This document shows, piece after piece, positions 47,045 to 56,129 of a stretch of DNA of 64,000 bases; within the stretch, counting starts at the first letter, position 1, and each line of letters opens with the position of its first letter. A program made the translations under genes and the position numbers. The stretch lies in NCBI GenBank assembly GCA_045615565.1, contig JAZLFC010000009.1, positions 9,947-73,946 on the forward strand. Direction: 5' to 3'. This stretch comes from Candidatus Cryptobacteroides sp. Lineage in GTDB: Bacteria > Bacteroidota > Bacteroidia > Bacteroidales > UBA932. The notes beneath the pieces were generated by a model that was not told the DNA's origin, searched no databases, and worked only from the letters and a program-made list of their open reading frames with translations.

Positions 47045-47980
47045 TTACTGCTTTTTCAATTCATGCATAACCTTCGGAGCGAAATTCACCAGACCGACAC
47101 CGGTGAAAACCAGGACGGTAGCCAGAATTTTCAGCCCATTGAGCGTATCGAGTCCCATAATCAGGGCAATAACCATAGCAATAACAGGCTGGACATAAGT
47201 GTACATACAGACGACAACCGGTCTCAGATGTTTCTGTCCGATGGGAATGAGAAAATATGCTATGAACGTAGCTGCTACCACCACGAAAATCACCTGCCAC
47301 ATAACATCCACCGGAACGGCCGATAAATCGGATGCGCTGAATGCGCTGAATGAAAAAGGCAATGCCATCAATGAAGAGAACAAGAACATCCATTTCATGA
47401 ATGTCACTACTGAATATTTCTGAATCAGAGGCTTGAAGATTCCGACGTATGAGGCAAAACTCAAGGTGTTCACCACCATACCCAGAATACCCCAGATTGA
47501 TGTGGAATCAGCTCCGGAACGGATTGAAGCACAATTGAAAATAAGGATAAATACGCCGACAAGGCTCAATGATATGCCTGTTATTCCGCTCCAGGTTATG
47601 CGTTCCTTGATGACGACAGCCGAGATTATCAATGCCATAATCGGGCTTAATGTGCACATTATGGACGTGTCAATGGCCGTGCATTTTGTAATTGCGAAGA
47701 GAAATGACGACTGAGTCAAAAAAAGCCCGAGGAAAGAAGCAACGGCAACTTTCCAAAGGTCTTTCTTGTCCATCCTATCCTTTGCCCCCGCAAAAAGCGA
47801 CCATATCCAGAACAGGACAGTTGCACCGAATAACCTGAAACACAACAAAGCCATCGGCGTGATATTCCCGTCATTGGCTATGTTTTTGCAACTGATGATA
47901 TTGAAGCCGAATATGGCATATGCGGTGAAACACGCCAGATTCCCGACGATAGCGTTATTCCGCCTTCTTGAATGTGGCAT
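47045..47980 (-). CDS. EamA/DMT family transporter
   Basis: Two EamA repeats, about 10 TM helices, and Y.YVQP.IA motif. Confidence 0.88.
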   Translation of the reverse strand: MPHSRRRNNAIVGNLACFTAYAIFGFNIISCKNIANDGNITPMALLCFRLFGATVLFWIWSLFAGAKDRMDKKDLWKVAVASFLGLFLTQSSFLFAITKCTAIDTSIMCTLSPIMALIISAVVIKERITWSGITGISLSLVGVFILIFNCASIRSGADSTSIWGILGMVVNTLSFASYVGIFKPLIQKYSVVTFMKWMFLFSSLMALPFSFSAFSASDLSAVPVDVMWQVIFVVVAATFIAYFLIPIGQKHLRPVVVCMYTYVQPVIAMVIALIMGLDTLNGLKILATVLVFTGVGLVNFAPKVMHELKKQ

Positions 47981-48059
47981 ATTCCGATTTCCTCAACTTT
48001 GCAAAATCTTCAAGTGTGCGGCGCAAATGTTTTTCACTTGTTCCGAACCTCTCAAGCTG

Positions 48060-48365
48060 TTATTTTACCGGAGCGTCTTCCAGCACTGTAGCTGAATAGC
48101 CAAGTTTGCGGATTGCGTTGGCAAGCTTGAGGGTATCGGTCTTTTCGGGACTGTAAACGATAGTCACAGTCTTGTCGGAAAGCTCAGCCTTGAGGTCCTT
48201 GACGCCCTTCTCGAAGGAAACGTTCTCAGTCACTTTCTTGACGCAGTTATTGCAGTCGATAGTAGTTTCATACTTAACTTTACGAAGAGGCTCCTTCGGC
48301 TTTGCTCCGGCGAACATTACACAGGACAAAGCTAGCAGACAGACGAGAATGGAAATTCTTTTCAT
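48060..48365 (-). CDS. Exported heavy-metal-associated (HMA) domain protein
   Basis: Signal peptide and IDCNNC (CxxC) metal-binding motif. Start at ATG 48365. Confidence 0.88.
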   Translation of the reverse strand: MKRISILVCLLALSCVMFAGAKPKEPLRKVKYETTIDCNNCVKKVTENVSFEKGVKDLKAELSDKTVTIVYSPEKTDTLKLANAIRKLGYSATVLEDAPVK

Positions 48366-48376
48366 ATTGCAGTAAT

Positions 48377-50458
48377 TTATTCGGTTTTCCAGATAGTAAG
48401 CCTTATGCCGGCGTAAATCTTTATCCCCATAATCGGCCCCCATACACAGCTGGCATCGAAATTACGGGAGAAAGGATTGTCTGCCGAGATGATAGGATTC
48501 GGCTGGGTGTAGTTCGTCAGGTTCTCGCCTCCGGCATAGATATCGAATCCCTTGAACCGCTTCGTCACCTGTGCATAGAGCAGAGGATATACAGGGGTAT
48601 AGCCGTCGCCGTACATCCCGTCCATCCCTTTCATAAAGTCCCATACCTTGCACGGACCGTTCACGGATGCAGTGAAATCAAATATCCATTTATTGAGCCT
48701 TGTCGCATACTGAAGGTTGAGAACACCCTTGTACCGGCTCGTCATCGGCTTGATGTCGGACGATTGGTTCTTCAGCTGCTGGTGAGCATCCGTCACCCTG
48801 GCGGTCAATGTGGCGGTGAAGCCGCGGAACAGCTCGGACGAGAAGTCAAGCTGGAAATTATTGGTATAGGATTTCCGACCCTTTTCCAACATATAGAAAT
48901 CAATGGACTTGTCGGAATAGTCCACGAGCACCTGGTCGGTGAAATTGGTACCGAACCAGTCCAGGCTTACATAGGTCTTCAGGTCCTCATCGAACGGAAG
49001 ATACCACGTGGCGTTTGCGCCATAAGTCCAGGACTGCTCGAGCGGGTGGGACATAAGGTCTCCGTTAAGCGCCTTGCCGGATGACAGTACGCCCATATTG
49101 TCGATGAGCGGGGTGCTGAAGCGGATTCCTCTTCCGCCGTTTGCACGGAACACCCAGTTCTCATTCGGAGCGTATTTCAGTGTAAGCCTCGGTGTAAAAC
49201 GGAAACCGGCATTGTTGTAATAATCCCCTCTCAGCCCCACGATTGCAGAGAAACGGTCCTCGTCACGGAAGGTGTATTCACCGAATACTCCGGTATTGCT
49301 CAGCACGGTCCTTGACGCATCCGACCAACAGAAAGATTCATTGTATACATCCAGCATCTCACTGAGCCCCAGTGTGAAATGATGACTGTCATTGTCCTGA
49401 TTCTGATAGAGAAGATTCAGAAATGCACTATGCTGGCCCGCATCGTAATAAGAATATGCACGGGATACATCCATAAGCAGCTTGTTTCCGTATCCTGAGT
49501 CCATTCTCTGGAAAGTATAGTCGGCGACAAGCGCGAAATTGCTGGTATTCTCTTCATTAAGAGGCACACCGACCTTTACATACGAACCCAGCGACCGGTT
49601 CAGGATATCAGCTTTCCATCGTCCGTTCCCCTTTTCCTCCATCTGGCCTCCGTTCCTGCGGTCCTGGATGGCCCGCACGCCGAAGCGAACCTGCACTCCG
49701 TCCTGTCCGAAATAGAGCCATCTGTTGGAGAAACTGAACTGTAGTTGCTTAGGATCATCCATAAAGCCGTCCCCATTCATATCCATCGACTTGAAGTTTC
49801 CGTCCACGTGAGCCAGGAATATGGTGCTCCAGGTCGACAGTTCGTCAAACTGGATTGCCGACAGCAGGTTCAGGTCGCACTTGGTATCGTTCATCACGGA
49901 CGCCTGTACATACAGAGGAGTCTCATCAGTAGGCTTGCGGTGCTCCATATTTATCTGACCTGTCATGGACTCCACACCATTGATGACAGATGTGACGCCC
50001 TTGGCAATCTGTATGCTCTCAAGCCACTGTCCGGGCACGTAATTCAGACCGAACGGGGCACTCAGTCCGCGCATGACCGGTCTGTTCTCGTCAAGCATCT
50101 GGGTATATATTCCACTTTGGCCGAGAAGCCTTATCTGCCTGGCTCCGGTGACTGCATCAGAATAGCCCACAGTCACGCTGGCCGAATTCTCGAAACTCTC
50201 TGCCAGGTTACAGCAGGCCATCTTGCAAAGGCCGGCGGCCGTAACGACCTCGGTTCTGAGATCCTTGCCCTTGGAAAGATAGTTTCCGCTCTGCCTTGCC
50301 ACGAAGACAGAAGCCTCCAGCGTATCTTTTCTTTCACCGTATATGCCGGCTGTATCTATCTGTGCCGATGCGTCAGGGCATAGAGATGCACAGAAAGCCG
50401 CGGTAACCATAAAAAGAAACGTATGTTTTATGTATTTTATCACGTCAGTATTTTTCAT
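48377..50458 (-). CDS. TonB-dependent receptor, probable metal uptake
   Basis: Plug with Cys-rich CKMACCNLAESFE motif, IQIAKG, and barrel ending YAGIRLTI. Start taken as ATG 50458. Confidence 0.88.
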   Translation of the reverse strand: MKNTDVIKYIKHTFLFMVTAAFCASLCPDASAQIDTAGIYGERKDTLEASVFVARQSGNYLSKGKDLRTEVVTAAGLCKMACCNLAESFENSASVTVGYSDAVTGARQIRLLGQSGIYTQMLDENRPVMRGLSAPFGLNYVPGQWLESIQIAKGVTSVINGVESMTGQINMEHRKPTDETPLYVQASVMNDTKCDLNLLSAIQFDELSTWSTIFLAHVDGNFKSMDMNGDGFMDDPKQLQFSFSNRWLYFGQDGVQVRFGVRAIQDRRNGGQMEEKGNGRWKADILNRSLGSYVKVGVPLNEENTSNFALVADYTFQRMDSGYGNKLLMDVSRAYSYYDAGQHSAFLNLLYQNQDNDSHHFTLGLSEMLDVYNESFCWSDASRTVLSNTGVFGEYTFRDEDRFSAIVGLRGDYYNNAGFRFTPRLTLKYAPNENWVFRANGGRGIRFSTPLIDNMGVLSSGKALNGDLMSHPLEQSWTYGANATWYLPFDEDLKTYVSLDWFGTNFTDQVLVDYSDKSIDFYMLEKGRKSYTNNFQLDFSSELFRGFTATLTARVTDAHQQLKNQSSDIKPMTSRYKGVLNLQYATRLNKWIFDFTASVNGPCKVWDFMKGMDGMYGDGYTPVYPLLYAQVTKRFKGFDIYAGGENLTNYTQPNPIISADNPFSRNFDASCVWGPIMGIKIYAGIRLTIWKTE

Positions 50459-50520
50459 TTTAAATAAACAATATAAAAGTACGTACATAATTTGTATTTT
50501 TGTGAAAGAAATACCAACAA

Positions 50521-51411
50521 ATGATGATAAAATCAATGACCGGCTACGGCAAGTCCGAAGCAATGCTCGAAAACGGGAAACTCACAATAGAATTCAGGTC
50601 CGTAAACGGAAAGAATGCGGACATCAGCATAAAAAGTTCACTCCTTCCGAAAGACAGGGAACTTGACATAAGGCGCAGAATCGCCGAGAGACTTCAGAGA
50701 GGGACGATAGATATGTTCCTGAGCTGGGAACCCAACACCGCTGAAAGCGCCAGGAAAATCAATGTCGGACTCGCCCGTGAATACTATTCCCGGATTTCGG
50801 AGTTGAGCGCATCCATCGGAGCGGGAGAGCTCAACCTGCATGAGCCTAATTACCTTCTCGAGACGCTGCTCAGGATGCCTGACGTGATTGATTCCACAAG
50901 AAAGGATATCATCACCGATGAAAATTGGCCGTTGGTCGAGAAGGCTATCGGGGAAGCTCTGGACAAGATTGACACATACAGGTCAGACGAGGGGGTTTCT
51001 CTGTACAAGGACGTCACAGCAAGAGTGCAGACCATACTTGGTCTATATGATGAAATAGAACAGTACGAACCCGAACGCATCTCGGCGGCGAGGGAAAGGA
51101 TACTGAAGGCTGCGGAAGACTTGAAGGTCAAGATGGACGAACAGAGATTCGAGCAGGAGATGATTTTCTATCTTGAGAAACTGGACATAAATGAAGAGAA
51201 AGTCCGCCTCCGCCAGCACTGCAAATATTTCATGGACACTATCGACAGCGAGCCATATCCGGGGAAGAAACTGGGTTTCATCATACAGGAAATGGGACGG
51301 GAGATCAACACCACCGGTTCAAAAGCGAACCACGCCTCCATCCAGAAGTGCGTGGTCCGTATGAAAGACGAGCTCGAGAAGATACGCGAGCAGTCTATGA
51401 ATATTCTGTAG
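50521..51411 (+). CDS. yicC: YicC/YloC-family endoribonuclease
   Basis: SMTGYG, SVNGK, EKLDINEEKVRL and GKKLGFIIQEMGREINTTGSK. TATTTTTG at 50495-50502. Confidence 0.93.
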   Translation: MMIKSMTGYGKSEAMLENGKLTIEFRSVNGKNADISIKSSLLPKDRELDIRRRIAERLQRGTIDMFLSWEPNTAESARKINVGLAREYYSRISELSASIGAGELNLHEPNYLLETLLRMPDVIDSTRKDIITDENWPLVEKAIGEALDKIDTYRSDEGVSLYKDVTARVQTILGLYDEIEQYEPERISAARERILKAAEDLKVKMDEQRFEQEMIFYLEKLDINEEKVRLRQHCKYFMDTIDSEPYPGKKLGFIIQEMGREINTTGSKANHASIQKCVVRMKDELEKIREQSMNIL

Positions 51412-52203
51412 CTACTTTATCTCCAGCATACCGGCCTGGATTCCCCAGCACCAGTCCTGAACGATCGGGATTCTGCGTCCTGCGGCATTTTTGACATATA
51501 CTATTCCGTCAAGCTTGGTATGTGAGTGTCCGCCGACCACAATGTCTATGCATTCGGTCTGAGGTACCAGTTCCACATCGCACACTCCCCTGCCTTCCGA
51601 GTCGAAACCCAGATGGGAAAGAGCAATCACGATATCACATTTCTCAACATGCTTGAGATATGAAGCCCACTTGTTCGCAGACTCCACGGTATCGAATTTC
51701 GGAAGCCGGTCCGCTATTTCCCGGGAGACAGACCTTGTAATATCCGTCAACAGTCCGATAATGCCGATTTTCTTCCCTCCCCTGTGGATGACAGCGTAGG
51801 GTTTTACGTATTTTCCGGCTTCGAATGAGCTGAAATCATAGTTTGCACATACGACGGGGCATTTCAGATTGTCCATCCGTCTGGCGAGCTCTTCAAGTCC
51901 GTTGTCAAATTCGTGATTTCCCAAAGCGACGCAGTCGTAACCCATAGCGTTCACCAGGTCTATTTCAATGTCCCCGTTGAACATGGTGAAATATGAAGAC
52001 CCCTGTCCCATATCTCCGGCATGCAGCAGAAGCACGTTGGCGTCCCCGTTGGCAGTCCTCACGCTGTCGATGAAAGCGGCACGCTCCAACACACCGGCAG
52101 TGCCGTCATAAAGAGGATCGAGATGGCTGTGAGTATCGTTGAAATGCAGCAGAATAAGGCTGCTGAGAATCATAATAAGAGTCTTGACCATGGTATCAAT
52201 CAT
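51412..52203 (-). CDS. 5'-nucleotidase metallophosphoesterase subunit (split enzyme)
   Basis: HFNDTHS, AGD..QG, LGNHEFD, LSHLG and GGHSH motifs. Confidence 0.9.
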   Translation of the reverse strand: MIDTMVKTLIMILSSLILLHFNDTHSHLDPLYDGTAGVLERAAFIDSVRTANGDANVLLLHAGDMGQGSSYFTMFNGDIEIDLVNAMGYDCVALGNHEFDNGLEELARRMDNLKCPVVCANYDFSSFEAGKYVKPYAVIHRGGKKIGIIGLLTDITRSVSREIADRLPKFDTVESANKWASYLKHVEKCDIVIALSHLGFDSEGRGVCDVELVPQTECIDIVVGGHSHTKLDGIVYVKNAAGRRIPIVQDWCWGIQAGMLEIK

Positions 52204-53017
52204 TAATAATCTGCATCCTGCCGTCAGTCTGATATGAAATGGACTTCCCCTGTGCCGTCAAGTTCCTTATGTAAGGAAGGACTGCATCCACGACAAGTTT
52301 CTCAGTGATAATGAGTTCCCGTGCATTTCGGGCAGCCTGCACATCATCTCCCCCGTTCAGGAGAAAGTCACAGGTTGCAAGCCCGTAAACCGTATCGTCA
52401 TCCAGGGGTTCGCCGTTTACCAGAATGCTTGTCACCCTGTGGTTTTCCACTCTTATCGCGACGCCCCCGAAGACCTGCATACTCGTGGCAGCCATCTTTT
52501 CAATCATATATCTGACGTCTGAGCCTTTCAGGGCCACATAGCAAAGCTTGTTTTTGAAAGGAAGCATGGACAATATGTCATCCGCAATGACATTTCCCTT
52601 GTGTATATCGACTCTGATACCTCCGAAGTTGATAAGTCCGATATCAACCTTCCTTCCGGCAGCCTCCTGAGTCGCAGTCATCACGCAGTCAACTATCATA
52701 TTGCTCAGGGCCGATTCCGGATAATCCTTTATCATATCCTTGTCGGCATATCCGAGATATTCCTTGACAGGCGCCATTGCCGGCTGGGCGTCAAGCATAA
52801 TCCTTGCCACATCTGCCACCATGCCGTCATACGTTTTCCCGTTCGGGGCCGTATATACGCCGTTGTCAATATAACCGAGAGCTTCGCTTACATTATCGGT
52901 TGAAGGGATGGCCGCACCGACGCGGCTGCCGTCCATAGGCACCTGTGTCCACTTGTATGGTGCGCAGGACACGAGGCACAGGACAGCAAAAGGCAATATT
53001 ACTTTTGCTTTAACCAT
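52196..53017 (-). CDS. 5'-nucleotidase C-terminal-domain lipoprotein (split enzyme)
   Basis: LVSC lipobox, ESALSN, NFGGIR, PFKN and TCDFL..GGD. Start at ATG 53017. Confidence 0.88.
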   Translation of the reverse strand: MVKAKVILPFAVLCLVSCAPYKWTQVPMDGSRVGAAIPSTDNVSEALGYIDNGVYTAPNGKTYDGMVADVARIMLDAQPAMAPVKEYLGYADKDMIKDYPESALSNMIVDCVMTATQEAAGRKVDIGLINFGGIRVDIHKGNVIADDILSMLPFKNKLCYVALKGSDVRYMIEKMAATSMQVFGGVAIRVENHRVTSILVNGEPLDDDTVYGLATCDFLLNGGDDVQAARNARELIITEKLVVDAVLPYIRNLTAQGKSISYQTDGRMQIIND

Positions 53018-54348
53018 TTCCAAAGATCCTTCCAGGTAGATTTCTTGCCGAACATCAGGATGCCGACCTTGTAAATCTTGGCTGACAGCCAAGCCATCAG
53101 GCCCGTGGTCACAATCAGCAGAGCCACGGATACAAGGATTTCCCAAGTCTCGACACCGAAAGGCACACGCGCCAGCATCACGATAGGCGATGTGAACGGA
53201 ATCATCGAGCCCCAGAATGCAATTGCGCTGTCCGGTGCCCTGAACGCATAGATTGCAATGAAATACGCAAGCATCAGCGGAATGGTAAGAGGCAACTGGA
53301 GCTGTTGCGTGTCACCTTCATTCTCTACGGCAGAGCCAATCGCCGCAAACATCGAAGCATACAGCAGATATCCGAGAATGAAGAAGACGAAGAATACCAC
53401 GAGAATCCTTGTGAAATCCAAGCCCCGGATAGTACTGAGAACGGTTGACAGCTCTGACTGGTCGGCAATCTGCGCTATTGTCTCTCCATCCACGTTGACA
53501 CCGGCAGTCTGGGCAACTTCCTGTGGATCCAGACCGCCGAGGATATCCTGTCCGAGCACTGTGCCCGCAGCGCCCACAATGGCAACCGTAAGGATTATCC
53601 AGAGGAGGAACTGGGTCAGAGCCACAGCTGCGACTCCGATGATCTTTCCGAACATGAGTTCGGTTGCCTTGACTGAGCTAACGAGCACCTCGACCACCCT
53701 GCTGGCTTTTTCCTCGATAACAGCTGACATCACCATACTTCCGAATACGGTCACGAAGATGAAAATGAACATTCCGAGGATCATCGATAGGATTGAATTA
53801 ACACCGGCCTCGGATATCTTCTCTTCGCCCGAATCATCCATAGTATAAGAACGCAGACGGATATTGGCCTTGACTTCTTTCATTATATCTTCAAGTCCTT
53901 CAATATTATAGGAAGCTATCCTGTAATTCTCAACGGCCTTGTTGATCCTGTTGTTTATATTTTCGCTCATCTCAAGTCCCAGAGGCTTGCGGGAGGTTAT
54001 GTCGGCATTCACTGAGCGGCTGGTCGAGTCCAATGCGGAAATCGAGAGAACCGCATCCAAACCCAGGTCCTCCATCCTGTTCTTCAGCGAATCGGCATCC
54101 TGAGCGTCAGTCATATCCACATATTTGATGGTCTCAGTATCTTCGAGATACTCTCCCACGATACCGGAACGATCGACATAAGCCACAGTCTTGGATTTCT
54201 CCTTGCTGTTCATCATCATCACTATTGGGACGACGCACAGTGCGGCCATAAGGACAGGGACGACAAAGGTCGTCACCAGAAAGCTCTTTTTCTTGACACG
54301 GTTGAGATACTCCCGGCCGATAATGATTTTTATAGTATGCAGATTCAT
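52999..54348 (-). CDS. ABC-2 type permease (NatB/YhaP-like)
   Basis: REYLNRVKKKSF, IEEKASRVVEVL.SS, GKIIG and PFTSPI.MLAR motifs. Confidence 0.9.
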   Translation of the reverse strand: MNLHTIKIIIGREYLNRVKKKSFLVTTFVVPVLMAALCVVPIVMMMNSKEKSKTVAYVDRSGIVGEYLEDTETIKYVDMTDAQDADSLKNRMEDLGLDAVLSISALDSTSRSVNADITSRKPLGLEMSENINNRINKAVENYRIASYNIEGLEDIMKEVKANIRLRSYTMDDSGEEKISEAGVNSILSMILGMFIFIFVTVFGSMVMSAVIEEKASRVVEVLVSSVKATELMFGKIIGVAAVALTQFLLWIILTVAIVGAAGTVLGQDILGGLDPQEVAQTAGVNVDGETIAQIADQSELSTVLSTIRGLDFTRILVVFFVFFILGYLLYASMFAAIGSAVENEGDTQQLQLPLTIPLMLAYFIAIYAFRAPDSAIAFWGSMIPFTSPIVMLARVPFGVETWEILVSVALLIVTTGLMAWLSAKIYKVGILMFGKKSTWKDLWKWLKQK

Positions 54349-54352
54349 TTTT

Positions 54353-55207
54353 CTACTCTCCTTCTGTTACCAGTTTGATGAAAATGTCATTCATTCTAGG
54401 CATCAACTCCTTGTATGAGTTGATCTGAACACCTTTTTCCAGATATGTGCGCAGCGTCGACGCTCCGTCCGTCTCCCTTGGAAGAACCTCGGAGTGGCGC
54501 CCCTGCGCATCGGTATAGACAAGCTCGACATTGTTGTTGCCATACTTGCGGCGGATTTCATCCACGCCGCCGGTGATTACGAGACGGCTCTTGTCGATAA
54601 GGGCTATGTTGTCGCACAGCTCTTCGACCGATTCCATATTATGGGTCGAGAGGATGATGGTTGCGCCTTCTTCCTTAAGACGCAGGATCTCCTTGCGTAT
54701 CATTTCCGCGTTAACGGGGTCAAAGCCGGAGAAAGGCTCATCCAATATCATCAGGGATGGTCTGTGAACGACTGTCGTGATGAACTGAAGCTTCTGCGCC
54801 ATTCCCTTTGAAAGTTCTTCCACTTTCTTGTCCCACCAAGACTGTATCTCGAAACGGACGAACCATTTCTTGAGTTCGGCCTTCGCCTCGGCGGAGGACA
54901 TGCCTTTCAGCTGCGCCAAATACATGGCCTGGTCGCCGACTTTCATTTTGCGGTAGAGTCCTCTTTCCTCAGGCATATATCCGATTTTTTCAACGTCACG
55001 CTGGTTGATGGGCCTGCCGTTGAAAAGAATCTCTCCCGAGTTGGGGATGGTAATTCTGTTGATGATTCTGATAAGAGTGGTCTTGCCGGCTCCGTTCGGG
55101 CCGAGCAGACCGAAAATCCTGCTTTCGGGAATATCAAGACTGATGTGGTCCAGAGCCACTTTAGATCCGAAACTCTTGCAGATTTCCTTACATTCGATTA
55201 TTGCCAT
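54353..55207 (-). CDS. ABC transporter ATP-binding protein (NatA/YhaQ-like)
   Basis: GPNGAGKT, GYMPEERGLY, LSKGMAQK and DEPFSGFDP. TATATTTG at 55241-55248. Confidence 0.92.
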   Translation of the reverse strand: MAIIECKEICKSFGSKVALDHISLDIPESRIFGLLGPNGAGKTTLIRIINRITIPNSGEILFNGRPINQRDVEKIGYMPEERGLYRKMKVGDQAMYLAQLKGMSSAEAKAELKKWFVRFEIQSWWDKKVEELSKGMAQKLQFITTVVHRPSLMILDEPFSGFDPVNAEMIRKEILRLKEEGATIILSTHNMESVEELCDNIALIDKSRLVITGGVDEIRRKYGNNNVELVYTDAQGRHSEVLPRETDGASTLRTYLEKGVQINSYKELMPRMNDIFIKLVTEGE

Positions 55208-55280
55208 ATTTCTTCACACTTGGGAAATGTCCCAATCATACAAATATAGCAATATATTTCAACTTGATTATCTTTGCACC

Positions 55281-55517
55281 ATGCAAACCGACGTACTTTT
55301 GACCGGAACGATGGGAAACATCCAGGATGTGGTAAGGCACAGCCTCGAAAGCCACGGCCTGAGTGTGGAGCACGTAAATGTCGACCAGAATGTTTTCAGG
55401 GACGAATTCGGCTACCACAGATTCACAGGCGGTCTGGAAACATCGATAGCGGCCGGCTTTGATATTCCGTATCTGCTGTGGAAACTGAATATTCAGAAAA
55501 GAAATGAACAAGACTAA
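55281..55517 (+). pseudogene. 78-aa ORF resembling an internally deleted ATP-grasp gene (pseudogene or mini-protein)
   Basis: N-terminal DVLLTG...VVRHSL..HGL.V is joined directly to RFTGGL...AAGFDIPYLLW. TATCTTTG box 4 nt upstream; overlaps the ybaK start. Confidence 0.5.
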
Positions 55518-55968
55518 CGTGGCAAGGCTGCTTGACGCAGCCGGAATCGAATACGAGCTGATAGAGTATCCATATACGGAAGACGATCTCTCGGCTCAAC
55601 ATGTCGCCGCGGAACTCGGCGAGGACATAGACACGGTATTCAAGACACTGGTGCTCCGTGGAGACCGCAACGGATGCTTCGTATGCGTCATCCCCGGGGA
55701 TTTCGAAGTGGACCTGAAGGTCGCTGCAAGGATTTCGGGAAACAAATCGGCAGAGATGCTGCACATGAAAGAACTGCTGCCCGTTACGGGATACATAAGG
55801 GGAGGATGCTCCCCTATCGGTATGAAAAAGCCGTTCCCGACTTTCATTCACGAGTCGGCTCTACTGCATGAGCATATCTATGTCAGCGCGGGTATCAGGG
55901 GGAAGCAGGTAAAAATTGCCCCTCAGGACCTGATCTCCTACATCCATGCCGGAATCTATCCTATATAA
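55504..55968 (+). CDS. ybaK: Cys-tRNA(Pro) deacylase
   Basis: KTNVARLLD, VFKTLV, TGYIRGGCSPIGMKK and YVSAG.RG motifs. Confidence 0.95.
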   Translation: MNKTNVARLLDAAGIEYELIEYPYTEDDLSAQHVAAELGEDIDTVFKTLVLRGDRNGCFVCVIPGDFEVDLKVAARISGNKSAEMLHMKELLPVTGYIRGGCSPIGMKKPFPTFIHESALLHEHIYVSAGIRGKQVKIAPQDLISYIHAGIYPI

Positions 55969-56129
55969 TCCACTTTCATCATAGGAGAAATGGTACTCAA
56001 CAAGTCTATTGCCGACGATGTCCTGTATATATTCAGCACGGACGCGGTCTGGCGGTTCAGCAAGGACTGCCAGCATTTTGAAAAGAGATAAACAGACATT
56101 ATATTTGTATAAGACAAAACATACATAAA

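Noticed and set aside
51412-53017. Split 5'-nucleotidase as a frameshifted pseudogene or novelty
   Set aside because: The C-domain gene precedes the N-domain gene and each has its own export signal; the two-gene form is a known Bacteroidota arrangement.
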